From Opitutia bacterium (GTDB taxonomy: Bacteria > Verrucomicrobiota > Verrucomicrobiia > Opitutales > Opitutaceae), in the NCBI GenBank assembly GCA_947478395.1, contig CANJVR010000002.1:512001-576000 (forward strand): a stretch of 64,000 nucleotides of DNA, given 5' to 3'. The notes below the pieces were generated by a model that was not told the origin of the DNA, made no database searches, and saw nothing but the letters and a program-made list of their open reading frames with translations. The position numbers and the translations under genes are program-made. This document shows positions 10,410 through 20,642 of the stretch, piece after piece. Numbering within the stretch: the stretch's first letter is position 1; every line of letters begins with the position of its first letter.

Positions 10410-12172
10410 GATGCGTTGACCCGCGCTGCACTCACCGCGGCCGCAATGAGCGCGGCCGCTTCTGCGAGCGGAAGTTTTTGTACATCCTTCGACGTACGCG
10501 CCTTCAACTCCACAATTCCGTCTTTCAGGCCCTTGCTGCCGATTGTCACGCGCAACGGAATACCGATCAGGTCGGCATCCTTGAACTTAACGCCCGGACG
10601 TTCGGCGCGATCGTCGATGATGACGTCCGCGCCCGCCTTCTCGGCTGCGGCCGCAAGCGATTGAGCGAGCTCCATCGCCTCCGGCACACCCGGATCGAGC
10701 AGACAGATGAGCAGGTGAAACGGCGCCGCGTTCCACGGCCAAATAATGCCGTCGGCGTCGTGACTTTGTTCGATCACGGCCTGCAACGTCCGGCTAATGC
10801 CGATGCCGTAGCAACCCATCACCATCAGGTGTGACTGCTTCTGGTCATCGGTGTACACCGCGCCAAATTTCTCCGAGTACTTCGTGCCCAGTTTGAAAAT
10901 GTGCCCGACCTCGATGCCGCGGCGCACTTGCAACGGCTGGCCGGATTGCGGACACGGCTCGCCCGGACGCACGCGACGGAAGTCCCCAAACTTCGTGATC
11001 GCGAGATCGCGGGTCACGTTAACGTTGCGCAGGTGGAAGCCGTCTTTGTTGGCGCCCGTCGTGCCGTTGCCCGTGAGCCGGATGGCATGATCGGCAAACA
11101 CCCCCGCGAGCGCCGCCGGATTTTTGATGGTGCCGTTCACGGCCCCGAGACTGCCCGGTTTTGCGCCGAGCACGGGCTCGATTTCTTCCGGCGTGGCTGC
11201 GCGGAAAAGTCCGAAACCGAGCGAGCCCAGTTTCGCTTCTTCGAGTTCGTCGTTGCCGCGGAGAATCACGAGAAACGGCTTCCCGTCGCCCATATACACG
11301 AGCGTTTTGAACTGCTGCTCTGCCGCCACGCCGTACGGCGCCGCCGCCAGCGCGGCGATCGTCACCACACCCGGCGTGGCGAATTCCTCGATCGCGCCCG
11401 TCGGCGCCGCATCGGCCAGGTCCTTCGGCACGAGCGCGCTCGTGGCCTTCTCGCGATTCGCCGCGTAGCCCGCCTCGCTGTAGATCACATCGTCGTCACC
11501 GATTTCCGCTGGCACCATGAACTCGTGCGAGTAACTGCCGCCCATCACGCCGGTGTCAGCTTCGACTGCGATGGCCTGCACGCCGACGCGTTTGAAAAAC
11601 TTCACGTAGGCCTCCTTCATCGCGAAATAACTTTTCACGGCGCCGTCGTCGGTCGCGTCGAAGGAGTAAGCATCCATCATCACAAACTCCCGCGCCCGCA
11701 TCAGGCCAAAGCGCGGACGGATCTCGTTGCGGAACTTGGTCGCAATCTGGAAAAAATTCTTCGGGAGATCGCGATAGCTCGTGATCTCAGCCTTCACCAG
11801 CGGGGTGATGATTTCCTCGTGGGTTGGCCCGAGCACGAATTCCGGCTCGCGCGAACGGCCCTTGCCGTTGCCGGCGCTGTCGACGCGAAACATGATCTCC
11901 CGTGCTGCGGCCCAGCGCGGACCCTGCTCCCAGTTTTCTACCGGATGGACGTGCGGCATCCATAATTCAATGCCGCCACCACGCTCAATTTCCTCGCGGC
12001 AGATCTGGGTGAGCTTCTGCATCACGCGTAGACCGAGCGGCATGAACGTATAAAGACCGCCGCCCAATTTGCGCACGAGGCCGGCGCGAACGAGCAACTT
12101 GTGCGACGCGATTTCGGCGTCGGCCGGGCTTTCCTTAAGAGTGGGGATAAAAAATTGCGACCAGAGTTTCAT
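10406..12172 (-). CDS. proS: Proline--tRNA ligase with editing domain
   Basis: LGPTHEE, KFRNEIRPRFGLMRAREF, GIEVGHIFKLG, MGCYGIG, GVKFKDADLIGIP. Confidence 0.98.
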   Translation of the reverse strand: MKLWSQFFIPTLKESPADAEIASHKLLVRAGLVRKLGGGLYTFMPLGLRVMQKLTQICREEIERGGGIELWMPHVHPVENWEQGPRWAAAREIMFRVDSAGNGKGRSREPEFVLGPTHEEIITPLVKAEITSYRDLPKNFFQIATKFRNEIRPRFGLMRAREFVMMDAYSFDATDDGAVKSYFAMKEAYVKFFKRVGVQAIAVEADTGVMGGSYSHEFMVPAEIGDDDVIYSEAGYAANREKATSALVPKDLADAAPTGAIEEFATPGVVTIAALAAAPYGVAAEQQFKTLVYMGDGKPFLVILRGNDELEEAKLGSLGFGLFRAATPEEIEPVLGAKPGSLGAVNGTIKNPAALAGVFADHAIRLTGNGTTGANKDGFHLRNVNVTRDLAITKFGDFRRVRPGEPCPQSGQPLQVRRGIEVGHIFKLGTKYSEKFGAVYTDDQKQSHLMVMGCYGIGISRTLQAVIEQSHDADGIIWPWNAAPFHLLICLLDPGVPEAMELAQSLAAAAEKAGADVIIDDRAERPGVKFKDADLIGIPLRVTIGSKGLKDGIVELKARTSKDVQKLPLAEAAALIAAAVSAARVNAS

Positions 12173-12260
12173 GCAGCTCGCCAACGAAGCAGCGGCGCTG
12201 CTGCCGCGCAAATTTATTTGCGACGCCGGCCGACCCGCCGATTAATGCGGGGCCCGCCTC

Positions 12261-12872
12261 ATGCCTGCCTCCCGCGAACGCCAGCCCTGGTCCATGAAAT
12301 GGATCGTCCTCACGATCATCGTGTGTCTCGTCGTCTATACCTATCTGACGCTGCACTACCGCAAAACCACGCCGGTGTTCCGGCCTTACGAAGATATCCG
12401 CGCGCGCGCCACAACCATCCGCCTGCTTTCCGCGGGCTATCAGCGCATCCCGCTCACGGCCCAGCAGCCCGCCGATCCCATCGCGCCCGAAACTAACGCG
12501 GTTATCGCCGCGACCCAGGGAGGAGTGCCGGATGATTTGCGCACGACGCTCGTCGACCAGCCCTTGCTGCCCGACGAAATTATCCGCGTGGTCGCGGCTC
12601 CCAGCGTGAGCGCATTGTTCGCGTACCCAATTCAGTTCACTTGCTCGCTGTCCGACAATCACCGTCAACTTGCCGGCGCCGAACTCTACGTTAAGGGCGA
12701 TGTACTTTACGTTGTCCCCGCGTTCGAACCGCTCAACCCCGCGCTGCTCGCCCGCACTCGCGAGAGCCTCGTCCGCGTCACCGTCCCGGCCGGCGCGCTG
12801 AAGTCCGGAACCTACCAAGCCACGCTGGTCGGAGCGCACGCTTCAAAAACCTGGACCGTGCAAGTGCGTTGA
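12261..12872 (+). CDS. Hypothetical membrane-anchored protein
   Basis: 203-aa ORF with one N-terminal TM helix (WIVLTIIVCLVVYTYLTL). It fills the gap before argA. Confidence 0.75.
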   Translation: MPASRERQPWSMKWIVLTIIVCLVVYTYLTLHYRKTTPVFRPYEDIRARATTIRLLSAGYQRIPLTAQQPADPIAPETNAVIAATQGGVPDDLRTTLVDQPLLPDEIIRVVAAPSVSALFAYPIQFTCSLSDNHRQLAGAELYVKGDVLYVVPAFEPLNPALLARTRESLVRVTVPAGALKSGTYQATLVGAHASKTWTVQVR

Positions 12873-12908
12873 CGCGCACCGCCGCCTCGTCGAGAAATTC
12901 GGCCAGAC

Positions 12909-14279
12909 ATGAGCAACGCCCACGGATCTGCCTCCGCCGCTCCCTCGCCTGCCGCCAGCAACGGCTCCGCTTCGCCTGCGCAAACCGCGCCTATTATCAA
13001 GCCGAACGACCTGCGTGGCATCCTGCAGTACGTGCCGCGATTTCAGGGGCAGATTTTTGTCATCGCGATCGACGGCGCCATCATCGCCGACGAAAACTTC
13101 AGCAATCTCCTCGTCGATATCGCCGTCCTGCGGAGCCTCCACATCAAAGTCGTGCTCATCCACGGCATCGGGCATCAAATCCAGGAGCTCGCGACATTGC
13201 GGGGCGTCGCGATCACCAACAACGACGGCATGGGGATCACCGACGCCCCTACGCTCGACCTTTCAATCCGCGCTGCGTCGCGCGTTTCCCACCTCATCCT
13301 CGAAGGGCTCACGCAAAATTCGCTGAAGGCGGTCATCACGAATGCCGTGCGTGCGCTACCGGTTGGGATCATCAAGGGCGTCGACCAGCAACTTACGGGT
13401 AAAGTCGAAAGGATCGACAAGGATTTCATCGGCGCGCTCATCGAGCAGCACGTTGTCCCGCTGATCATTCCGGTCGCATTCGGTCCCGATGGAAAATCGT
13501 TGCGCGTCAATTCCGACCTGCTCGCGGCCGAGGTCGCCGAGGCGCTGCATGCGACGAAGATCATTTACCTCACGCCGCACGCGGGACTGGAAATCAACGG
13601 CAAGCTGCGCCGGGAAATCTCGGTCGACGCGCTCAAGAAAATTGTGGAGACGCAGCCCGAGCAGATCGGCGAGGCCGTGCGCTCTAAAGCCGTGCACGCC
13701 GTGAAAGCGATCGAGACCGGTACGCCGCGGGTGCACATCGTGGACGGCCGCGTGTTTGACGGACTGTTGAATGAAATTTTCTCCAACGAGGGCGTGGGCT
13801 CGCTCGTGTACGGCAATGATTATCAGCAGATCCGCAAAGCCACGAAGCGCGACGTGCGTTTCATCTACCATCTCACGCGCGCGGGCGTGAAGCGCGAGGA
13901 GCTGCTGCAACGCTCGCAGCAATCAATCGAGAAAATCATCGACCAATTCTACGTCTACGAGGTGGACGAGAACATCATCGCGTGTGTCACGCTGTATTCT
14001 TATCCCGACAAGCCCACGCTCGCCGAAATTGGGTCGCTCTACGTGCTGCCTTTCTACCACAACCGTGGCATCGGGAAGAAAATGGTCGAGTACGCCTGCA
14101 TGCAGGCGAAGGAGCGCGGCGCCACCTCGATGCTGGCGCTCTCGACGCAGAGCTACGGTTTCTTTGCCAGCGTGTGTGGTTTCGAAGAGACGACGAAGGA
14201 AGCGCTCCCCGAGGCCCGGTTGAAACTTTACGAAGACAGTGGCCGTAACGCCAAGGTGATGGTCAAGCAGCTGGCTTGA
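12909..14279 (+). CDS. argA: Amino-acid N-acetyltransferase (N-acetylglutamate synthase)
   Basis: AAK-like domain (VVLIHG, RVHIVDG..LLNEIFS..GVG) plus a GNAT domain (HNRGIGKK, GRNAKV). Confidence 0.92.
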   Translation: MSNAHGSASAAPSPAASNGSASPAQTAPIIKPNDLRGILQYVPRFQGQIFVIAIDGAIIADENFSNLLVDIAVLRSLHIKVVLIHGIGHQIQELATLRGVAITNNDGMGITDAPTLDLSIRAASRVSHLILEGLTQNSLKAVITNAVRALPVGIIKGVDQQLTGKVERIDKDFIGALIEQHVVPLIIPVAFGPDGKSLRVNSDLLAAEVAEALHATKIIYLTPHAGLEINGKLRREISVDALKKIVETQPEQIGEAVRSKAVHAVKAIETGTPRVHIVDGRVFDGLLNEIFSNEGVGSLVYGNDYQQIRKATKRDVRFIYHLTRAGVKREELLQRSQQSIEKIIDQFYVYEVDENIIACVTLYSYPDKPTLAEIGSLYVLPFYHNRGIGKKMVEYACMQAKERGATSMLALSTQSYGFFASVCGFEETTKEALPEARLKLYEDSGRNAKVMVKQLA

Positions 14280-14392
14280 TCCGTCGCTTTACCTAGATGA
14301 AGGCGGGGCCCACGGGGTTTTGACGTCGCTTGTTGGACCGCCTCTTTGGCGAGCCTGCGCGGCCGCGAAATAAGAGAGCTAGGTGCAGTTCG

Positions 14393-14419
14393 GTTTTCAT
14401 GAATTACTAACATGAAAAC
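14393..14419. promoter_or_regulatory. AT-rich 9-9-9 palindrome, candidate operator
   Basis: GTTTTCATG-aattactaa-CATGAAAAC in the argA-tsaA intergenic region. Confidence 0.4.
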
Positions 14420-14532
14420 GCGTTCGCGCATCGTAAACCGCCGATCGCGCGCACTGCGACCCCAGGGCCTTCGGGCGCTGGGCCGTTAAATCCGACTCGA
14501 CCCCAGCGGCTGGGCGTTTTGTTTAAGCGTGC

Positions 14533-15342
14533 TTGTCTTCTTTCCTTACGCTTCAGCCCATCGGTTTCATCCGCACGCAAAAGCAGGTGAAGTTCCAAGC
14601 GCGCCACCAACCGGCCGAAACCGAGCCGGAGCGCAACGTCCTAGAACTCTTGCCCGGTTGTGACTACGAGCTGGCTCTCCGCGATCTCGCGGGTTTTTCA
14701 CGGATCTGGCTGATCTGGTGGTTTCATCGCAACACGGGCTGGCGCCCACAGGTGCTGCCGCCGCGCGGGCCGGCCCAACGTCGCGGCGTGTTCGCTACTC
14801 GCTCCCCTCACCGGCCCTGTCCGCTGGGTCTGACGCCGGTTCAGCTCATCAAGATCGAGGGCCGGCAGCTCATCCTCGGCGCGTGCGACTTGGTGGATGG
14901 AACGCCGGTGTTCGACATCAAACCTTACGTGGCGGACTACGATTCGTTTCCCGATGAGCGCGCCGGCTGGATCGACGACGTGAATGCGATCCTCGCAGCG
15001 CCGCCGCAGTTCACGGTGCAATTCGCCCCACTGGCCGAGGAGCAGGCCCACTGGCTGATCTCAGGCTGGCAGATCGATTTTCGTCCGCGGCTGTTTGAGT
15101 TGCTTTCGCGCGATCCCTCGCCCCACAAGACGCGCCGCATTCGTCCGCGGCGAAACACCCCGCATTTTGAAATCGGCTGTGGTGCGTGGCGGGCGATCTT
15201 CGCCGTCGAAGAAAACAAAGTTAAGGTGCTCGAAATCGAACCAGGTTATCCGCGACGTTTCCTGGTCGACCCGGCCCGAGAAGGCATGCCCGATGCGGCC
15301 GCGCAGCTCGCGTTTTTGGAATTCTGGCCAGAGCGGGCGTGA
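14533..15342 (+). CDS. tsaA: tRNA (N6-threonylcarbamoyladenosine(37)-N6)-methyltransferase TrmO
   Basis: RGVFATRSPHRP, DLVDGTPVFDIKPY; TTG start. Confidence 0.92.
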   Translation: MSSFLTLQPIGFIRTQKQVKFQARHQPAETEPERNVLELLPGCDYELALRDLAGFSRIWLIWWFHRNTGWRPQVLPPRGPAQRRGVFATRSPHRPCPLGLTPVQLIKIEGRQLILGACDLVDGTPVFDIKPYVADYDSFPDERAGWIDDVNAILAAPPQFTVQFAPLAEEQAHWLISGWQIDFRPRLFELLSRDPSPHKTRRIRPRRNTPHFEIGCGAWRAIFAVEENKVKVLEIEPGYPRRFLVDPAREGMPDAAAQLAFLEFWPERA

Positions 15343-15349
15343 AGATCGA

Positions 15350-15432
15350 AATGTAGGCGGGGTGACCTCACGCCACACGGACGTGATTTCACCTGCGACG
15401 TTTAAGCGGGTTGAGGGCACGCCGCCTACATT
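15350..15432. repeat. Second GTAG-type REP/REPIN-like inverted repeat
   Basis: aatgtaggcgg...ccgcctacatt (11-bp perfect ends) with inner gtgacctca / tgagggcac pairing, between convergent genes. Confidence 0.65.
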
Positions 15433-15465
15433 CACGCATTGATTCCGATCCGCGTGATGCGGCCC

Positions 15466-15498
15466 AAAAAAAGCCGCCCGGATTTCTCCGGGCGGCTT
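15466..15498 (-). terminator. Intrinsic terminator of rpsA
   Basis: 12-bp stem aagccgcccgga / tccgggcggctt, with an A-run on + (U-run on -). Confidence 0.85.
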
Positions 15499-15524
15499 GA
15501 AGTGATCGAAACGATGAGCGGCGA

Positions 15525-17195
15525 TTATTCCTTCTTGGACGCTTCGTCCAAGATGTCACCGAGGTTCATCATGTCGTTGCCGGCACTACGATTCAACGCC
15601 TCGTAGGTCGCCGTCTCGGCGGCGAGATCCTCAGCGCTGTAGTTGGCGGCCTTGATCGAGAGACCCAGGCGGCGCTCGTCGCGGTCGATTTTCACGACGC
15701 GAGCCGTGACCTGCTGACCGGGCTTGAGCACGTCCTTGATCTTGTCGATGCGCTCCTCGCTGATCTGCGAGATGTGCACGAGGCCGTCGATGCCGTCTTT
15801 CAGCTCCACGAAGGCGCCGAAGGACGTGACCTTGCTGATCGTGCCTGTGACGACGTCGCCGATCTTGAAGAACGAATCGATGTCGGACCACGGATCGACC
15901 GCGAGTTGCTTCATGCCGAGGCTGATGCGCTGCTGCGTCGGATCGACGTCGAGCACGATCGCGTCCACTTCGTCGCCCTTCTTCAGGACTTCGGACGGGT
16001 GGTTGACCTTGCGGGTCCAGCTCATGTCGGAGACGTGCACCATACCGTCGATGCCCTCTTCGAGTTCGATGAACGCGCCGTAGGTGGTCATGTTGCGGAC
16101 CTTGCCGCGCACGCGAGCGCCGATCGGATAGTTGTGGCGCACCATGTCCCACGGGTTCGGCTCCAGCTGACGGAGGCCGAGGGAAATCTTTTGGTCATCC
16201 TTCTGGATGCCGAGGACAACCGCGTCCAATTCCTGACCGACCTTGAGCAGTTCGGAGGGCTTGGTGATGCGCTTGGTCCAGGACATCTCGGTGATATGCA
16301 CGAGGCCTTCGACGCCGGGCTCGATCTCGACGAACGCGCCGTAAGGCACGAGGTTGACGACCTTGCCGTGAACTTTGGCGCCGACGGGGAACTTGCGCTC
16401 GATCTCGTCCCACGGATTTTTCGTGGTCTGTTTCAAGCCGAGGGAAACGCGCTCTTTCTCGCGGTTCACTTCGATGATCATCACTTGGATCTCTTCGCCC
16501 TGTTTCACCATTTCGCTCGGGTGCGAGATACGGCCCCAGCTCATGTCGGTGATGTGGAGCAAGCCGTCCATGCCATCGAGGTCGATGAACGCGCCGAAGT
16601 CGGTGATGTTTTTAACGATGCCCTTGCGGACCTGGCCGGGCTGGATCGAGTCGAGGAGGTTGCGACGCTTGGAAGCGCGCTGTTCTTCGATGAGCTCGCG
16701 ACGCGACAGAACGACGTTCTGGCGGACGAGATCGATCTTGAGGACCTTGAAGTCGTAGGTCTGGCCCACGTACTGATCGAGGTTCTTGGGCGGCTGCACA
16801 TCGATGTGCGAAGCCGGCATGAAAGCGTCGACGCCGATCGAGACGATCAGGCCGCCTTTGACCTTGGCCTTGACGCGACCAGCGGCGATGGAGCCCTCTG
16901 GAAATTTGGTGAGGATGTTATCCCAGTTTTTCTTCTGCTCGGCCTTGTCGAACGAGAGGATGGGATTGCCGTTCTTGTCTTCGAGTTTCTCAACGAGCAC
17001 CTCGATGGTGGAGCCGATTTGCAGTTCACCGATATCGATGAACTCATGGGCGGGGATCAGGCCTTCAGATTTGCCGCCGATATCGACGACAACTTCATTT
17101 TGGCGGATCTCAGTGATGGTGCCGGGGACGATCGCGCCGATCTTCAACTTATCGAAGGAGGACTGCGCGAGCAGATCATTCATTAACGAACTCAT
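15525..17195 (-). CDS. rpsA: 30S ribosomal protein S1
   Basis: Six S1 repeats, e.g. VKNITDFGAFIDL..DGLLHITDMSW. Confidence 0.98.
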   Translation of the reverse strand: MSSLMNDLLAQSSFDKLKIGAIVPGTITEIRQNEVVVDIGGKSEGLIPAHEFIDIGELQIGSTIEVLVEKLEDKNGNPILSFDKAEQKKNWDNILTKFPEGSIAAGRVKAKVKGGLIVSIGVDAFMPASHIDVQPPKNLDQYVGQTYDFKVLKIDLVRQNVVLSRRELIEEQRASKRRNLLDSIQPGQVRKGIVKNITDFGAFIDLDGMDGLLHITDMSWGRISHPSEMVKQGEEIQVMIIEVNREKERVSLGLKQTTKNPWDEIERKFPVGAKVHGKVVNLVPYGAFVEIEPGVEGLVHITEMSWTKRITKPSELLKVGQELDAVVLGIQKDDQKISLGLRQLEPNPWDMVRHNYPIGARVRGKVRNMTTYGAFIELEEGIDGMVHVSDMSWTRKVNHPSEVLKKGDEVDAIVLDVDPTQQRISLGMKQLAVDPWSDIDSFFKIGDVVTGTISKVTSFGAFVELKDGIDGLVHISQISEERIDKIKDVLKPGQQVTARVVKIDRDERRLGLSIKAANYSAEDLAAETATYEALNRSAGNDMMNLGDILDEASKKE

Positions 17196-17613
17196 ATGCG
17201 TAAACGGCGGACGTAACGCTTGCTCCAGCACGTCGGTCCACCGGGTTTGGCCTTGCGGCCGAGGTTGACTGTTTGACTGAGGGAAAAGGCCGGCGGGAGC
17301 ATCGCGGCGACGCCAGCCTTACCAATAACAAATGCCGCGAAGGATCAGAATCCCCTCCGAGCGTGCGTGCCGGCAAGCCCTAATTTCGGTTTTCCAAGGG
17401 AAACCGGGAGCCCGATCTTCGAGTTCCTTTGCGGCACGGGAACTTGGTACTCAGAGCGCAAAAGGAGGCAGTCGCAGCGTGACCCGAAGAGCTGGGCGGA
17501 AACGACGGCGCGTGTTTTGGGCGTTTTCATCGTGCCATGGTGCGGTCCGCGCATATGAATTTTTTGAGCCGACCAAAGTTTCAGTCCACCTTTGCGAACG
17601 GCCCCTCCCCTTC

Positions 17614-18588
17614 ATGCCTAACCGCCTTTCCAAACTCGTTCGTGCCGTGTGGCGACTGCTGGCTATTGCCGCCGCGGGTGTCACGACGTCAGCGATGGCC
17701 GCGGCGTCCTCCGAGCTGGTCGGTATTCCCGGCGTGGTCGCCGCCGGCATCCGCGTCGAATTAATCAAAGATGGTTTTCAAGGCACCGAAGGACCGATCG
17801 CGCTGCCGGACGGCAGTCTGCTTTTCACCGAACCGCAGGCGAATCGCGTGAACCGAATCTCGGCCGCCGGGGAAGTTTCGGTATTTCTCAACGACACCAA
17901 CGGCACCAACGCGCTCGCGTTCACCCGCAGCGGCGATCTGGTCGCGGTGCAAATCGGAAAACCCCGTCTCGCCGTGATCTACCCGGCGGATCGGGTGAAG
18001 ATCCAGGCGGATCGTTTCGAAGGCCTGGCCTTCTTTCGGCCCAACGATCTCGTGGCCGATCGGAAGGGCGGAATTTATTTTACCGATCCGAGTACGCCGC
18101 CGAAACCGGAAACGCCTGCGCCCCCACCGCCCTCGGTGTATTATCTCACCCCCGAGCAAAAACTCCTGCGTCTCACAACGGACATCACGCGGCCCAACGG
18201 CATCCAGCTCAGCCCCGACGAAAAAACGCTCTACGTCGCCAACACGTGGGGGGAATTCGTGCTGGCTTACGACATTGGCGCCGACGGCACGATCAGCGGC
18301 CGGAGGGATTTTGCCCAACTGGTGGGGTTTCAAAAAACTGAAACCGGTTTCACCAGCGGGGCTGACGGCTTGGCCGTTGATGCAAGCGGCCGACTGTTGG
18401 TCGCGACCACCGTTGGAATTCAGGTTTTCACGTCGGCCGGGGTCAGTCTCGGGATCATTCCGATTCCACTGCAGCCGCAAAACCTGGCCTTTGCAGGCGT
18501 AGACAAAAAGACCTTGTACGTCGTGGGGCGCGGCGCGGTCTATCGGATTCCCATGCTCACGTCCGGGTTTGCCGACCGCGCGAAGTAA
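17614..18588 (+). CDS. SMP-30/gluconolactonase family protein
   Basis: TEGP, RPND, IYFTDP, PNGIQLSPD, ADGLAVD and a signal peptide. Confidence 0.9.
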   Translation: MPNRLSKLVRAVWRLLAIAAAGVTTSAMAAASSELVGIPGVVAAGIRVELIKDGFQGTEGPIALPDGSLLFTEPQANRVNRISAAGEVSVFLNDTNGTNALAFTRSGDLVAVQIGKPRLAVIYPADRVKIQADRFEGLAFFRPNDLVADRKGGIYFTDPSTPPKPETPAPPPPSVYYLTPEQKLLRLTTDITRPNGIQLSPDEKTLYVANTWGEFVLAYDIGADGTISGRRDFAQLVGFQKTETGFTSGADGLAVDASGRLLVATTVGIQVFTSAGVSLGIIPIPLQPQNLAFAGVDKKTLYVVGRGAVYRIPMLTSGFADRAK

Positions 18589-18601
18589 CGCGACCTGAAA
18601 C

Positions 18602-19402
18602 ATGAGCCGCGAAACGTGTTATCGGTGCTTCTGGCCCAAGTCGCTATGCTGGTGCGCGTCGATCACGCCGATGGCGACGCGCACCAAATTTATTTTCCTG
18701 ATGCACCCCAAGGAATTCAAACAGGAAAAGGCCGGCACGGGGCGGCTGACCCACCTCTGCCTCGCCGGGAGCGAACTGCACGTGGGCTTGAGTTTCGACC
18801 AAAATGAAAAGGTGCAGGCGTTGGTCAATGATCCCGCCAACTTGACGATGTTGGTCTACCCCGGTCCTCAGGCGCTGAATCTTTCGCGGGGCGATTTGCC
18901 GCCGGTCGATCGTGGTGGACGACGCTTGGTCGTACTCTTGCTCGACGGCACCTGGGCGGCCGCCCGCAAGATGCTCAAGCTGAGCCCGACGCTGCAACGG
19001 CTGCCGCGCCTCATGTTCACGCCGACGGCGCCCAGCCGTTACATCATCAAACAGCAACCGCAGGTCGGCTGCCTATCCACCTTAGAAGCGACTCACGAAC
19101 TGCTGCTCGCGCTGGAGCGCACCGGGCTCGACGCCTATCCGCAGCCCGCTCAACTGCTGAATTTATTTAAGCGCATGCAAGATTTCCAGATGCGCTGCGC
19201 CGCGGACCCTGCACGGACCGGATATCGCCGGCAGCCCTACAGTTCCCCAGGCGAACGCAGCCTCGCGCGCGGACGGAGCGCATCGCGGCGCGAGCAATAT
19301 CTCGGTCGAGTGCCGGCCACCGGCCGGAAACTCGATCAACCGACCGCCAGCAGTTCGACCACAAACACCAATGTCGCGTTGGGCGGAATCGCGCCGGGAT
19401 AG
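18602..19402 (+). CDS. DTW-domain tRNA-uridine aminocarboxypropyltransferase (TapT-like)
   Basis: CYRC..LCWC zinc knuckle, HPKE, GTGRL, LDGTW, LSTLEA. Confidence 0.88.
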   Translation: MSRETCYRCFWPKSLCWCASITPMATRTKFIFLMHPKEFKQEKAGTGRLTHLCLAGSELHVGLSFDQNEKVQALVNDPANLTMLVYPGPQALNLSRGDLPPVDRGGRRLVVLLLDGTWAAARKMLKLSPTLQRLPRLMFTPTAPSRYIIKQQPQVGCLSTLEATHELLLALERTGLDAYPQPAQLLNLFKRMQDFQMRCAADPARTGYRRQPYSSPGERSLARGRSASRREQYLGRVPATGRKLDQPTASSSTTNTNVALGGIAPG

Positions 19403-19668
19403 CCGTGCTCGCCGTAAGCGAGATGAGGCGGCAGCGTCAGCTTCACTTTATCGCCCACTTTCATTTGCGCGACGCCAAGATCCCAACCGGGGATCACCTG
19501 CCCAGCTCCCAGCACGAACGTAAACGGCTCGTCGCGATCCACGGAGCTGTCGAATTTTTTCCCGTCCATGAACGTCCCGGTATAATGCACGGTGACCGCG
19601 CGCCCTTTTTTGGGCGAGGCACCTTTGCCGGCAACCAAGTTCTCGATCTGCATTTCAGCGTTAGCCAT
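19336..19668 (-). CDS. FKBP-type peptidyl-prolyl isomerase
   Basis: [35 protein letters not shown]. Confidence 0.95.
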   Translation of the reverse strand: MANAEMQIENLVAGKGASPKKGRAVTVHYTGTFMDGKKFDSSVDRDEPFTFVLGAGQVIPGWDLGVAQMKVGDKVKLTLPPHLAYGEHGYPGAIPPNATLVFVVELLAVG

Positions 19669-19760
19669 GCCGCAGGTCAGTGGGGCAGCGGGCCCGGGTC
19701 AAGGCCGCGTGTCCGCGCCTCGCGCGACAGAACGCTTTTTTCACGCCGGCGCGGTGCCGC

Positions 19761-20642
19761 TTAAAACAGCTCCGGCTCAAAGTAGCGTTTACGCGCGTCG
19801 GCCAGCGCCGAGCGCATTTCCAATTCCTCCAGCAAGCGAAACAACTCCTCGGGCGCAGACGTGGGCTTGCCGACGACGAGACTTGGCAAACTTAAATTCA
19901 GCGTAGTGAGTTTGAGATTACGCCGCAATTTTTCAGCTTCCGCCGCGACCGGTTCACGAAAGCGCTCGGGCTTCAATTCCGCCGCGTGCGAGATGACTCC
20001 TTCGAGGCTGCCCCACTCCGCCAGCCATTTCGCCGCGGTCTTCGGTCCCACGCCGGCGATGCCAGGAATGTTATCCGACGTATCGCCCACGAGCGCGAGG
20101 TACTCCGCGATCTGCGCCGGAGGCACCCCGAATTTTTCCATCACGCCCGCCGCATCCATGAAGCGCCAGCCAAGCTTGGGATTAGCCGTAGGTGGCGGCA
20201 GGAGGATTTTTATCTTCTCGTTCACCAGCTGCGCGAAATCCTTGTCGGAACTCACGATCAAAACCTCATGCCCCGCGCGCTCCAATGCGACCGCTTCGGC
20301 CGCGAGCAGATCGTCACTTTCAACCCCGTGCTGTTCGATGCCGACCAACCCCATGGCGCGCGTGAGCGTTTTCACGTAGGGCAATTGTTTCACGAGGGCT
20401 TCGGGCATCTCCTCGCGCTGCGCCTTGTACTCAGCATGGATGGCGAGCCGGTCCTGGGCGCCGCCCAAATCAAAAAACACGAGCGTCGAATCGGGCCGTT
20501 CCTGATCCATGAGTTTCCAGAGGGATTTCACCCACCCGTGCAACGCATTCGTCGGAAAACCGTCGGCGCGCGTCAGCTCCGGGATCGCGAAGAAGCAGCG
20601 GTACGCCAGATTGAATCCGTCCACGAGAAGCCATTTTGCCAT
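19761..20642 (-). CDS. Stand-alone 5'-3' exonuclease (flap endonuclease, PolA N-terminal-like)
   Basis: LLVDG, YKAQR, ESDD, SSDKD, LVGDTSDNIPGIAGVGPKTA. No polymerase domain. Confidence 0.9.
   Translation of the reverse strand: MAKWLLVDGFNLAYRCFFAIPELTRADGFPTNALHGWVKSLWKLMDQERPDSTLVFFDLGGAQDRLAIHAEYKAQREEMPEALVKQLPYVKTLTRAMGLVGIEQHGVESDDLLAAEAVALERAGHEVLIVSSDKDFAQLVNEKIKILLPPPTANPKLGWRFMDAAGVMEKFGVPPAQIAEYLALVGDTSDNIPGIAGVGPKTAAKWLAEWGSLEGVISHAAELKPERFREPVAAEAEKLRRNLKLTTLNLSLPSLVVGKPTSAPEELFRLLEELEMRSALADARKRYFEPELF

Noticed and set aside
15774..17186. 470-aa plus-strand ORF
   Set aside because: Antisense shadow of rpsA.
19336..19402. 67-bp convergent overlap of the DTW and FKBP genes
   Set aside because: The DTW tail is low-complexity and beyond the domain; most likely a drifted stop codon.
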